Virus record (IMG/VR): IMGVR_UViG_3300042884_000922
Location: 1 to 57,314 of that record
Direction: 5' to 3' (one strand)
Length of the DNA: 57,314 nt
From: a virus
Taxonomy: Duplodnaviria; Caudoviricetes
The notes beneath the pieces are model-generated. The model had not been told where the DNA came from, ran no database searches, and was given only the letters and a program-made list of their open reading frames with translations. A program made the position numbers and the translations under genes. Shown piece after piece: positions 27,360-37,889 of the stretch (the stretch's first letter is position 1; each line of letters opens with the position of its first letter).

Positions 27360-30300
27360 ATGCCAATTACAACATTCGACGCTGAGTATTACGATGACTA
27401 TACACTAAACAGTGTTGACAAAAAGAATTATGTAAAGATTCTCTTTAAACCTGGATATAGTGTTCAGGTGCGAGAACTCAATCAGATGCAAAGCATGCTG
27501 CAAGATCAGATTCATCGTCTAGGCAGCACGCTCTATACACAAGACAAAGCAATACTTGGTTGTAAGGTTAATTTTGTACCAAGGGTGCATAGAATAGATT
27601 TTAATCTTACTCTTGATGAAAATCTTGACAAAACTACTGTTTTAGAAAACATTACAACAATTACATCAACCACAAATGGACTAAGCGCTACTGTTTTTGG
27701 CTATAAGGATGTTGAAGAAGAAATTAATGAGCCAGACGCCATTCGGTTTTATGTAAAATACACAAACAGCGGCACAGACGGCATGACACGGTTTGATGCC
27801 AACTCTTCATTTGATTTTATTTTAAATACTGAATCTGCTCCTGAACTTGCGGGTTATACAATTAGTGCTGATCTTATCAATGACGATGAAGAATTTGCCT
27901 CTAGCATAACAGCCGAAGAAGGCATATTCTATATAAATGGTTCATTTGTTGCGCTTCCAAAACAGGTTGTCTATATAGATCATGAGATGCAATCCGAGGT
28001 GTTAACTGGAAATATTGCATATCGAGTAGATGAAAATATTATAACACATCTTCAAGATGAAACGCTTCTGGATAATAGCGCTGGCACATTAAACTATACT
28101 GCTCCAGGCGCTGATCGTTATCAAATTGATATGTCATTACTTTGGTTTCCAGCTGATGATTGGACAAATCGGGACAATACAATACAATATGTAAAGATTG
28201 GAGAGGTTAAAAATTCTCGACTCTCTGAAAATATTAGCCCTAACAGCCCACAATATGTCTACAATCAAATTGACAAAACACTGGCGCTTCGAACACAAGA
28301 AGAGTCTGGAAATTATACTGTAAATCCATTTCCACTTGTGCTAAACGACTTTTATAATGGCCAAAACTTGCTAGCAAAATATATGGTTGCTGGCAATCGT
28401 TATCGCATTGAGGCACTTGGATCTGCGTCGGCTGCTCAATGGGTAGCAGTTGGAGTTGCCGACATCGCCTCTGCTAAAATTGGCACAGAATTTGTTGCAA
28501 CTGGTGCTTTATCAAACCTAATCACTGGCGCCTTCGTAACTGAGGTTGCATTTATACGCGGTCGATATGGATGGGATGATCTCGATTTGATTCCGGGCTA
28601 TGAAGGCTATTATAGCATTAGTAGTACTGATGCTGATAAACTTACTGCAATTAACAAAGCAAAAGAATCATTTTTAGCTACAGTTGATAAGAGTTCTGGT
28701 TATGTAGATGGCTATAGGGTGTTTTTAGACTCTCCTCTTGACATTGAAACTAAAAAAGCACGCACGCGCAGTACATTTCCACTTTCAGTAAATCTACCAT
28801 TTGGTAACTATTTTAAAGTAAATCCATACGGGGCTTCTTTTGTATTACCTCCAATACACGACATTGAGGCACTTTACGAATTGCGTGATGGTGAAAACGG
28901 AGAAGGCACAATAATTGGAACATGCCGGGTAAAATCATTTGAAGCAGCTGGTGCAAATGATTTTCTTCTCTATATCTTTGATGAAAAGATTACTGTTGCT
29001 GGCAAAACCTTAAGCAACATTGCATCTATACGTCGTAACAACTTTATTTGCAATAAAGTCCTAAATACTTCTCTGTCTTCGACATCACAAAAGGGACTGG
29101 TGTATAGTTTGCCATATTCCGAATGCGACCCGACGGTAGGAGTAACAACACCATCTGTTTCTGCGTATCGTCGATATAGTGGAAACACTAGCAGTACAAC
29201 ACTGTCTTTGGTTGTGGGGTCAGAATTAAATGAAACATTTGATGACTCATCTTCAGTGCTTGTCTATGTTGGTGGCACGCGAATAACAAGTGGAATATCA
29301 CTTACAAGTGACGGCAAGGGGATTACAATTGAAGGCGTGACGTCTGGACAACCATATTCAGTGATTGCAGCAATCACAAGCAATACTCCACCGACGCGAA
29401 AGATTTTATCGACAATTACATCAACTATTGATTCAGCATCTGCAATAATAGATAATGGCGTTCAAATATTTGAATTGCCGCATACCGATCTCGTTGAAAT
29501 AATTTCCGTAACCAATACCCGAGGTGGAGTAGCAAGTGATGTAACTTCAATGTTTAGTGTGACGTCAGACGGATTGACCGACACATATTATACAAATGCA
29601 AAAATACAATATACTGGGTCTGGTTCATTGTCCGGGTCATTTGCAATACGCTATCGTTATTTTTCTAGAAGCGGTGGCGGAGCACTTCAATATTTTACAG
29701 CAAATTCATATTCGTCAATTGCTCGGCGATATATCAAAAACACTGAGTCAGGAATTAGTCTTAGGGATACTTTAGACTTTAGACCTGATTTATTAAAAAA
29801 TGTCCCCCGTTCTGGTCTGCTTCCAAACCCAAATTCCACATTTAGAGCAAATGCACAATATTATTTGCCACGAATTGATAAAGTAGTTGTAAATTCAAAC
29901 AACGCATTTTCTGTAATTGAAGGCACTCCTTCACTCTTTCCAAAAGAGCCAGAAACGCCTGCAAATGCTATGTGCCTCTACGTGTTAAACGTGCCGGCAT
30001 ACACAGAAGATCCTTCCAAGATTGGTGTACGATATATTGATAATCGCAGATATACAATGCGAGACATTGCAAAACTTGATAAGCGCATTGGAAATTTAGA
30101 ATATTATACTTCACTGTCATTACTAGAGCGTTCAGCTACTGAAAAATCTCTCTTTGAAGGAACGAGTGAGAGATTTAAAAATGGAATAATTGTTGATAGT
30201 TTTTTAAATCACAGTATTAGTGATAGTGCTCGTAAAGAGCATGTATGTAGCATAGACAAACGTCGTGGAGTGCTTCGTCCCGGCTTTAAGACGCATAAAA

Positions 30301-32897
30301 TTGAGTTGCAATATAGCACAAGCGGTGCACAAAATGTAAAAATACATACTGACATTATAACACTAAATTATGCTGAACAAAAATTATTTGAACAGCCGGT
30401 GGCAGTAGACAGCATTAGCGTTCAACCATATCTCTATGCCCAAAGTGTTGGAAATATATCACTCTATCCCGCAGTAGATGATTGGAAAGATACAGAAACT
30501 CTTCCAGCGCGTATTGTTGAAGATGACAGCGCATATAGAGCGATAGAGGAGCTTATAAAAGAAAATCCAGAATTGATTGGTACTGAATTTGGTAGTTGGG
30601 CAGTCACTAGTCAAAGTAGCATTGTTACTGGTACTAGTAGTGTGAATTCTACACAATCTGGAGCTCAGGGTCTACGAACAGTTACCACAACTACTCAAAA
30701 CATACTTACCACAACCAACGAACTGCGAACTGGAACACTCACTACTCTAGGTTCAAATACTGTAGAACGCAGTCTTGGAGAGTCAGTGACAGATGTTAAT
30801 CTTATTCCTTATATGCGTGGTCGTGTGGTATGGTTCTTCGGCACTGCATTTAAACCAAATACAAATCTCTATGCATTTTTTGATGATATTGCTATTGGTG
30901 CCTATGTTGCTCCAAAACTCACTGATGATGAACTGTTAGAATATTTTGAAGAAGATGTTTCTGGAATTGGTCGTCGTCGTCGTCGTCGTTGGAGCAACAG
31001 ATTAATAAGAAATGGCCTTGTAACCTTTAATAATATATTGCCAAAAGATTTGCCAAATCCGACAAATAATGGTTGGCAAAATTTTGGCAGTCAACTAAAG
31101 AGTAATGATGAGGGAGAAGTTTATGGACTCTTTGTTGTACCAAACAACGAATATCTAAGATTTAGAACGGGCGAACGTGAATTTCGTCTAACATCATCAG
31201 ACAGAAATTTGACTACTGCTGATACCTATGGTATGACGAAATACGCGGCAAGCGGGCTTTCTGTGCAAAAGCAAGAGACAATTCTTGCCACAAAAGAACC
31301 AGAGTTTGTAGTCACTCCAATAAGTGAAAGCCGCACCACACAAACAACATCAACAAATGTTGTTCAAACCTTTGGAAACTGGTATGATCCTTTAGCTCAA
31401 TCATTTGTGGTTGATTCTAAAACCTATAAAGAAGGTCTATTCCTAACTTCAATTGATCTTTATTTTGAAAAGAAAGGTCAAAAGGCACCAGTAAGCATAT
31501 ATATTGTGCCTACACAAAATGGTTATCCTACGCAAAAAGTAGTGCCATATTCTAGAGTCTCTGTTCGCGCTGATGATGTGCAAATTAGTTCTGATGCTTC
31601 AGCAGCTACAACATTTGCATTCTCAAATCCTGTATTTTTACAGGCTGACGGCGAATATGCATTTATTGTAGAGTCTCCAGATCCAGACTACAAGGCATGG
31701 ATAGCAATACTTGGACCAAAACAAACTGATGTTACTACTGGTCTAGCATACGCTAAACAAGAGTTTCTTGGAGTATTTTTTACAAGTTCAAATGCTTCAA
31801 CTTGGACAGCACACCAAGAAAAAGACTTAAAATTTGTTATGCGACGAGCAGAATTTGTCTCATCTCCTGGTGTTGTTAAATTTGATGGTGTTGCTCCTCT
31901 TGGTATTGATACAATCAATATAACAAATGGCGGTTCTGGATATACTTCTCCACCAATTGTAACTATAGCTCCTCCCCCATCTCGCCCAAGTCCAGCAAAT
32001 ACAGCTGATCATGCTGCAAAAGCAGTTGCAATTGTAGATACTGTGACTGGTGCTGTTACTAGAATAAAAATAATAGACAAAGGATTTGGCTATACATCAT
32101 CAACTGCGCCAAGCATAACTATAGCGGCTCCTCCAAATGGCGGCACACCTGCAACTGCAACATGTGTACTCTATACCAGAAACTTTTCTCTAGTAAATTG
32201 CGCCCAAAACACACTATTATTTGACTCTGCTACTATAAAGAGCGAACTTGTAATAGACAACATCACTTCTACACCAATTCCTTTAAATCGTGGTGAAGAC
32301 ACAATAATACCCAAGGGACTTGTTGATACAAGCAACAATAAATTTTCAGTTAGCAACCCGTGTGTAGTCACTTCAACATTAACAACTGCAGATCGTTCAA
32401 TATCTCCGGTAATTGATATCTTAAAAAATTCAATTATTGCTGTAGAAAATGTTGTAAATTCTGAAGCTTCCCTATTTAATATTGTCACTGGAGTTGATAC
32501 CGAAACTACAGCTGCGGGCAGACGGGCAGCCGCACGGTACCTAACAAGACCAGTGTCCTTAAATGACCCTGCAGATAAATTGCATATATACATTGCTGCA
32601 AACAGACCAGCCTCCACGACAAATATTCGCGTCTATGCGCGCGCACTATACTTTGGGGGTGATGATGAAAATATCTATGATAATAAATGGACATTATTAG
32701 AGTCAAGAAAATCATCTGATTTAGTAACTCTACAGCCAATACCAGTAAACGCAAATCCTAATGTCTATCCTGAAATAGCATATGTTTTTGATCCAACAGT
32801 TGACTTTACCACATTTCAAGTTAAGATTGTAATGGTTTCGAATAATATAGTTGAAATACCAACAATCAAAGACTTTAGAGCCATAGCAAGTGTATAA
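27360..32897 (+). CDS. Large virion structural protein (DUF4815 / VrlC-like)
   Basis: YYDDY...KILFKPGYSVQVRELNQMQS, APGADRY, RT.EESGNYTVNPF, RRYTMRDI..L.KRI.NLEYYTSLSLLE, RFKNGIIVDSF, DPLAQSF, SSNASTWTA.Q..DLKF. Confidence 0.85.
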   Translation: MPITTFDAEYYDDYTLNSVDKKNYVKILFKPGYSVQVRELNQMQSMLQDQIHRLGSTLYTQDKAILGCKVNFVPRVHRIDFNLTLDENLDKTTVLENITTITSTTNGLSATVFGYKDVEEEINEPDAIRFYVKYTNSGTDGMTRFDANSSFDFILNTESAPELAGYTISADLINDDEEFASSITAEEGIFYINGSFVALPKQVVYIDHEMQSEVLTGNIAYRVDENIITHLQDETLLDNSAGTLNYTAPGADRYQIDMSLLWFPADDWTNRDNTIQYVKIGEVKNSRLSENISPNSPQYVYNQIDKTLALRTQEESGNYTVNPFPLVLNDFYNGQNLLAKYMVAGNRYRIEALGSASAAQWVAVGVADIASAKIGTEFVATGALSNLITGAFVTEVAFIRGRYGWDDLDLIPGYEGYYSISSTDADKLTAINKAKESFLATVDKSSGYVDGYRVFLDSPLDIETKKARTRSTFPLSVNLPFGNYFKVNPYGASFVLPPIHDIEALYELRDGENGEGTIIGTCRVKSFEAAGANDFLLYIFDEKITVAGKTLSNIASIRRNNFICNKVLNTSLSSTSQKGLVYSLPYSECDPTVGVTTPSVSAYRRYSGNTSSTTLSLVVGSELNETFDDSSSVLVYVGGTRITSGISLTSDGKGITIEGVTSGQPYSVIAAITSNTPPTRKILSTITSTIDSASAIIDNGVQIFELPHTDLVEIISVTNTRGGVASDVTSMFSVTSDGLTDTYYTNAKIQYTGSGSLSGSFAIRYRYFSRSGGGALQYFTANSYSSIARRYIKNTESGISLRDTLDFRPDLLKNVPRSGLLPNPNSTFRANAQYYLPRIDKVVVNSNNAFSVIEGTPSLFPKEPETPANAMCLYVLNVPAYTEDPSKIGVRYIDNRRYTMRDIAKLDKRIGNLEYYTSLSLLERSATEKSLFEGTSERFKNGIIVDSFLNHSISDSARKEHVCSIDKRRGVLRPGFKTHKIELQYSTSGAQNVKIHTDIITLNYAEQKLFEQPVAVDSISVQPYLYAQSVGNISLYPAVDDWKDTETLPARIVEDDSAYRAIEELIKENPELIGTEFGSWAVTSQSSIVTGTSSVNSTQSGAQGLRTVTTTTQNILTTTNELRTGTLTTLGSNTVERSLGESVTDVNLIPYMRGRVVWFFGTAFKPNTNLYAFFDDIAIGAYVAPKLTDDELLEYFEEDVSGIGRRRRRRWSNRLIRNGLVTFNNILPKDLPNPTNNGWQNFGSQLKSNDEGEVYGLFVVPNNEYLRFRTGEREFRLTSSDRNLTTADTYGMTKYAASGLSVQKQETILATKEPEFVVTPISESRTTQTTSTNVVQTFGNWYDPLAQSFVVDSKTYKEGLFLTSIDLYFEKKGQKAPVSIYIVPTQNGYPTQKVVPYSRVSVRADDVQISSDASAATTFAFSNPVFLQADGEYAFIVESPDPDYKAWIAILGPKQTDVTTGLAYAKQEFLGVFFTSSNASTWTAHQEKDLKFVMRRAEFVSSPGVVKFDGVAPLGIDTINITNGGSGYTSPPIVTIAPPPSRPSPANTADHAAKAVAIVDTVTGAVTRIKIIDKGFGYTSSTAPSITIAAPPNGGTPATATCVLYTRNFSLVNCAQNTLLFDSATIKSELVIDNITSTPIPLNRGEDTIIPKGLVDTSNNKFSVSNPCVVTSTLTTADRSISPVIDILKNSIIAVENVVNSEASLFNIVTGVDTETTAAGRRAAARYLTRPVSLNDPADKLHIYIAANRPASTTNIRVYARALYFGGDDENIYDNKWTLLESRKSSDLVTLQPIPVNANPNVYPEIAYVFDPTVDFTTFQVKIVMVSNNIVEIPTIKDFRAIASV

Positions 32898-33118
32898 TGA
32901 GAGCACGAGTACTTGAAAATGATAGTCTTGAAAGAGATTTAACAACAGGCGCAATCATTAACGCTGACGCGTCTGCATACACAAATGCATTACAACGTCG
33001 TCATCAGCAAAAAATGTTAGACGCGGAAAGAAAAAGAGTGCAGTCAGAGTTGACAGCTTTAAGGCAAACATGTGAATTTTTACAGACCCAAATAAACGAG
33101 TTAAAAAAATCAATATAA
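32897..33118 (+). CDS. Small coiled-coil hypothetical protein
   Basis: LERDLTTGAIIN followed by a heptad-like helix; coupled to the upstream gene (TAATG). Confidence 0.7.
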   Translation: MRARVLENDSLERDLTTGAIINADASAYTNALQRRHQQKMLDAERKRVQSELTALRQTCEFLQTQINELKKSI

Positions 33119-33121
33119 ATA
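33114..33121 (+). promoter_or_regulatory. T4-type late promoter TATAAATA
   Basis: Exact motif 6 nt before the tail-fibre ATG at 33128. Confidence 0.78.
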
Positions 33122-33127
33122 TATTGT

Positions 33128-36100
33128 ATGGCAATTTCAGACAACGATCAACACACACCATTTGCTAGCATTGTAACTGATGGAGTCACTTCAATTGATT
33201 CATTTAATACGTGGCGTAAAAAGACAAATGGTATCATCAAAGTTATAGATGACGGGCTGATTACTCGTTATATTGCTGACAGGGCAATTACTCCTCCCAA
33301 GTTGTCTCAGGGCCGCCCTTATTGGGATTCTAACGGTGACTTTAATACAAATGGAAATAATATAAAACTTGGTTATGCGCGTGGTTCTAATATAAATGCC
33401 TATATTGGTGCTGATAGGTCCGCAGATGGCGTGTCTTCTTTATTTTTCCAAACAGAGCGCGCAACTAGCGGAGTTGGGACAAATGCTGCATCAATTATAA
33501 GAGCAGCTGGAGCAAGCGGACTCTTCAGTATATCAAACTCCGGCGGGGGCATCAATATAAACACTGAAGGTTCAAATACTACTACATTTAGAATTGGCGA
33601 AAATCCTATTGCAAACTTCAATACCGCTGGTCTTGCCGTCACAAATGAGATTACTGCAAAAAATGTAAAGTTGACAGACGTCACGCCATATTATCGTTTA
33701 AGGTCAAATTCTTCTGGAGCGTTACCGTGGAATTTAGAAAGTTCAGGCACCAGACTCTATATACGAACCGGCACCACGGCAATTACAACGACACTTGAGT
33801 TGCCTGGAACTGCATTTTCTCGCAGCGGCACTACTCCTGGTAATATAGTTGTAGTAAATGCTCCAAATCATGGCTATGCAACAGGAAGTATTGCAACAAT
33901 CAGTGGAATATCTCCGACTGATTTTCGTGGCACATTTGTTATAACAAATACTGGAACAAATACTTTTACCTATATTACTCCGACCACCGGCACCATTAAT
34001 GGTGGAACTGGGACTGCTAGCATTTCAATGCTAATTAACCCAGCAACTCCTTTTCAAATTTTAAATGATAACTCTGTAATTGTTGGCGGGAGTCTTACAA
34101 GCGCTGCACGAAGTGGAGACGAGTTTACTGTACTAGGAGACTCATATTTAAGTGGTTCACTGACTGTCACTGGATCTGACACTGCAATAGGTCATTCTAT
34201 TGGATCATCACTTGCTTCTCTTTCAATTGGCATTAATAGAACTGGCGATGGATCAAGCGCTGTAAAATTTTATAGCAGCAAAACAAACAACACTACAGAG
34301 ACAGCATCAATAACTCGCGACAGCAAAGATCTTATAATAAACAGCAGCGGTACGGGGACAACTTTCTATCGTCAAGGCACTGGTGGAACTCATAAACTTC
34401 AAATCCGAAGTCAAAATAATACAGATTGGTTAGATTGTTTAACATTAGAATCGTCCCAGAAAGTTATAATACCTGGCACCTTAAAAGTAATTGGAGGATT
34501 TGATCAAAGCGCTCCAATTCCGACAATATCTACAGCTAAGCGATTAGCAACAGGGTTTGGTGATGGAGTTGGAACAATAGTTACCGCAAACCCAATCCCG
34601 GGCGGGGCAGATATTACTACAGATTATGGGTCAACTCAAAGCTATTTTAAATTTGGAACTAGCATATCACAAGATTATTTCCTAATTGTTGGAGGTGCTC
34701 GTACTGCGTCAGACCGAACTGGAATACTGATACGCAGTCATGGGCCAACTGGAAGCACAAGCATAAATGAATGGACACCAACAACCAACACAGACACATA
34801 TAACACAGACGGACTCTTTATTGAAAAGGGTTCAGGATTAAATGGAGACGCAACAATTTATAATTCTGGAACTGGAAAATTTACAATTCAGAATCGCGGA
34901 GAGGGAGATATACAGTTTGTTACAACTTCTTCAACTACGTCAAATACAGTAAACCGCTTGAAAATTAGCGGCAGCACCGGTGCTGCTACATTTTCAAATA
35001 CAGTTACCGCAACCGGTTTTATAGGACCATTAACTGGAAAAGTCACTGGCGACCTTGATGGAAACGTCACTGGCGACCTTGATGGAAACGTCACTGGCGA
35101 CGTCACTGGAACCTTGCTTACGGTTGGATCCGGAGTTACAAATCGCATAAAGATTGATAGCAATCAAATTAGAGTCAATGGCACCCTCAATATAAACAAG
35201 ACGAGAACATCTGGCGACAATGCACAAACTGCGCAAGACACAATTATATACAACGGCATTGCCGGCGAAATTGCAAAGTTTGTAGGTTCAACCCGTTCTG
35301 TTGTATTTAGCGGCGATGCTGAAATTTCCCCCACAAAAAAATTAAATATCAAAGAAACGAGTGCGAACGTCACACGAGCTCGCTTGCAAATTGGTGATTG
35401 GTATATTGGCCAAAGCAGCGCATCAAATGGAACAAAAGACTTTTATATTGCGACATCTGACGCTGCTACAATAGCGTCTCCTCGTCTGCTTATAAATGCG
35501 AACGGCAAAATAACAGGAACAATTACAAATGCAGATGTTGCAGTGACTATTTCGGGCATCTTGCCAGTCACTAATGGAGGTACCGGGTCAACTAATGCCG
35601 CGGACGCGCGAGCTGCTTTGGGGGCGGCCCCATTAAATTCTCCAACGTTTACTGGCACGCCAAAGGTAACGACTAGTCCAGCGTCAAATTCAAATGACAC
35701 CACGATTGCTACTACTGCGTTTGTTATCGGCACAACTAGTGCAGCAATTGCAGCAAACGCCCCAACAAAAACTGGTGGCGGCGCATCTGGAAATTGGCCC
35801 ATTAATATAACTGGCAATGCAACAACTGCAACAACTGCAACAACTGCGGCAACATGTACTGGTAATGCCGGCAGCGTTACAAATGGAGTATATATCAGTA
35901 CCGATCAAACAATTGATGGCATAAAAACATTTAGCAAGGTAGTTAGACTGTCAGATGCCGGTATTATGTTTAATTCCGATGTTAATAAAAATACTGGATT
36001 TACATGGTCAACGGAAGGCGCGATAGATATAACGGTCAATAATACAGTTCGCGGCTCATTTAAAAACACTGGTTGGAATGGAAATGTTGTTGGTAATGTG

Positions 36101-37252
36101 GATGGTAATGTTACTGGTTACTTAACCGGTAGCATATCAGGGTCATCGGCATCATGTTCTGGTAACTCTGCAACAGCAACAAACTTATCCACTGTTCGCA
36201 CAAACTGGGCTACCAACGGGACATTAAGTGCAGTAGTTGGGCAGTTAGGATGGAGACACTATGGAAATAACCATACAATTTTTGACGCGTCAAACTCTAA
36301 ATCTCCAGATGGCACAACTATTAATAATAAAGACGCAGCCGTTGCTTGGACTGGCACATATCCAACTCTTATGGGTTGGAATGGAAGTCAAACATATGGA
36401 GTGCGTGTAGACAGTGCACGTGTTTCAGATTCTTGTAGCGGAAACTCTGCAACTGCAACGAGTGCCGCCTATGCAACAAATGCCGGAAATTCATCTACTA
36501 CAAATCAACTTAGCACTACTGGATTAACGACAAATGGAAACCAAATAAATCCAGGTTCATCTGGAGAACTTGCACTAACCTATCAAAATTCAAATGGTAC
36601 GACTGCTGATTTTTATGATACATCTATTTTTGATGGAAAACAAAACCTAATTACTAAGTTTCATGGCAATGGTGGACTACAATATAATGTAGGAGATATT
36701 GTTATTAATAATGCTAATCCTACATTATATTTGCAGGACACTAATCATCGTAGTGCAATGGTTCGCGTAAATGGTAATATTTTCCATATATTGCGTGGTG
36801 GTGCTAATAGCACAACATGGAATAATGAAGGAGTCGCATGGCCTCTAGAAATAAATTTAAATAATAATTGGGCAACCTTTGGTGGTAACATTACTGCAAA
36901 TGGCGCAATACGCGCTACAAGTGATATAATTGCATTTAGTAGTTCTGATAAAAATTTAAAGACAAATATCAAAAAGATTAAGGATCCGCTACAAAAGATA
37001 GCTCAGCTTAGCGGAAATACGTTTAAATGGAACTCTAAAAAACAGGATGTCTATGAAGGTGAAGATGTCGGCGTAATAGCTCAAGAGGTAGAAGAGATTA
37101 TACCATCAGCTGTTGTAACGCGTGAAGATGGCACAAAGGCAGTACGATATGAAAAAATTATTCCGCTCTTAATTGAGTCTATCAAAGAATTACATGCATT
37201 AAACAGCACGTTATTTGGTAGAATAGAACAACTAGAAAAGCAACTGAAATAA
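33128..37252 (+). CDS. Tail fibre with C-terminal intramolecular chaperone (peptidase S74)
   Basis: N-terminal DSFNTWRKKTN, Gly/Thr/Ser/Asn-rich shaft, C-terminal SSDKNLKTNI...GVIAQEVE...V.YEKIIPLLIESIKEL. Confidence 0.88.
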   Translation: MAISDNDQHTPFASIVTDGVTSIDSFNTWRKKTNGIIKVIDDGLITRYIADRAITPPKLSQGRPYWDSNGDFNTNGNNIKLGYARGSNINAYIGADRSADGVSSLFFQTERATSGVGTNAASIIRAAGASGLFSISNSGGGININTEGSNTTTFRIGENPIANFNTAGLAVTNEITAKNVKLTDVTPYYRLRSNSSGALPWNLESSGTRLYIRTGTTAITTTLELPGTAFSRSGTTPGNIVVVNAPNHGYATGSIATISGISPTDFRGTFVITNTGTNTFTYITPTTGTINGGTGTASISMLINPATPFQILNDNSVIVGGSLTSAARSGDEFTVLGDSYLSGSLTVTGSDTAIGHSIGSSLASLSIGINRTGDGSSAVKFYSSKTNNTTETASITRDSKDLIINSSGTGTTFYRQGTGGTHKLQIRSQNNTDWLDCLTLESSQKVIIPGTLKVIGGFDQSAPIPTISTAKRLATGFGDGVGTIVTANPIPGGADITTDYGSTQSYFKFGTSISQDYFLIVGGARTASDRTGILIRSHGPTGSTSINEWTPTTNTDTYNTDGLFIEKGSGLNGDATIYNSGTGKFTIQNRGEGDIQFVTTSSTTSNTVNRLKISGSTGAATFSNTVTATGFIGPLTGKVTGDLDGNVTGDLDGNVTGDVTGTLLTVGSGVTNRIKIDSNQIRVNGTLNINKTRTSGDNAQTAQDTIIYNGIAGEIAKFVGSTRSVVFSGDAEISPTKKLNIKETSANVTRARLQIGDWYIGQSSASNGTKDFYIATSDAATIASPRLLINANGKITGTITNADVAVTISGILPVTNGGTGSTNAADARAALGAAPLNSPTFTGTPKVTTSPASNSNDTTIATTAFVIGTTSAAIAANAPTKTGGGASGNWPINITGNATTATTATTAATCTGNAGSVTNGVYISTDQTIDGIKTFSKVVRLSDAGIMFNSDVNKNTGFTWSTEGAIDITVNNTVRGSFKNTGWNGNVVGNVDGNVTGYLTGSISGSSASCSGNSATATNLSTVRTNWATNGTLSAVVGQLGWRHYGNNHTIFDASNSKSPDGTTINNKDAAVAWTGTYPTLMGWNGSQTYGVRVDSARVSDSCSGNSATATSAAYATNAGNSSTTNQLSTTGLTTNGNQINPGSSGELALTYQNSNGTTADFYDTSIFDGKQNLITKFHGNGGLQYNVGDIVINNANPTLYLQDTNHRSAMVRVNGNIFHILRGGANSTTWNNEGVAWPLEINLNNNWATFGGNITANGAIRATSDIIAFSSSDKNLKTNIKKIKDPLQKIAQLSGNTFKWNSKKQDVYEGEDVGVIAQEVEEIIPSAVVTREDGTKAVRYEKIIPLLIESIKELHALNSTLFGRIEQLEKQLK
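35042..35109 (+). repeat. 24-nt perfect tandem repeat (2 copies plus partials) in the fibre shaft
   Basis: GTCACTGGCGACCTTGATGGAAAC x2, then GTCACTGGCGAC and GTCACTGG; encodes VTGDLDGN. Confidence 0.9.
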
Positions 37253-37253
37253 T

Positions 37254-37865
37254 ATGGCACAAGGATTTATAGAGTCTACAAATATATCAATATCCAGTAT
37301 AAACAATTGCAAAGCCCTGCATACAGCCACAGCTTGGAATCAAGCAGACAGTTCAATAAATGGGCTAAGAAATTGGTTTAGAGACAATATAGGAAACCGT
37401 GGTGGTTTTCATAATAATAGAAAGTCTGGCGAGTATGCAGCCTTTTCGGATTTTAGCAACACAACTATATATGGGTTATATGCAAATGGGTGGAGTGAAA
37501 CGACAAGTACATATGCAGACGCTAACAATGGGGGAGTAACATTTACGGCATACGCAGGCGATGGCAACAAATGGAGTTTTAGATTTTATTTAGAAACGAA
37601 AGGATGGGTATACCCTAGCACAAATGATAGTAATACAGGTACAGCATTTCATGGTTTAAATTCTGGCACATATGATGCACAGATAACACATCGAAGTTTA
37701 CCAGGAACAAGTTTTAAAATACATATTGGTTATGGCGGTGGAGGGACATCTCTAGTCGTTAATTATTGGAATTCAAATTTGGGTAGAACTGTGTCTGAGT
37801 CACATGATATACGAACAACACAAAAGTTTGTTATAGATCCCCCAAGACTTAAAAAACTTAGTTAA
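37254..37865 (+). CDS. Fibre-associated hypothetical protein (possible fibre-tip adhesin)
   Basis: Starts 1 nt after the fibre stop; rich in Gly, Asn, Ser, Thr and aromatics; function inferred from position only. Confidence 0.55.
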   Translation: MAQGFIESTNISISSINNCKALHTATAWNQADSSINGLRNWFRDNIGNRGGFHNNRKSGEYAAFSDFSNTTIYGLYANGWSETTSTYADANNGGVTFTAYAGDGNKWSFRFYLETKGWVYPSTNDSNTGTAFHGLNSGTYDAQITHRSLPGTSFKIHIGYGGGGTSLVVNYWNSNLGRTVSESHDIRTTQKFVIDPPRLKKLS

Positions 37866-37876
37866 TAGATAGCATA

Positions 37877-37884
37877 TATAAATT
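37877..37884 (+). promoter_or_regulatory. Late-promoter variant TATAAATT at the head of the island
   Basis: 7/8 match, 5 nt before ATG 37890; the same variant and spacing occur at 27346-27353. Confidence 0.5.
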
Positions 37885-37889
37885 ATATT

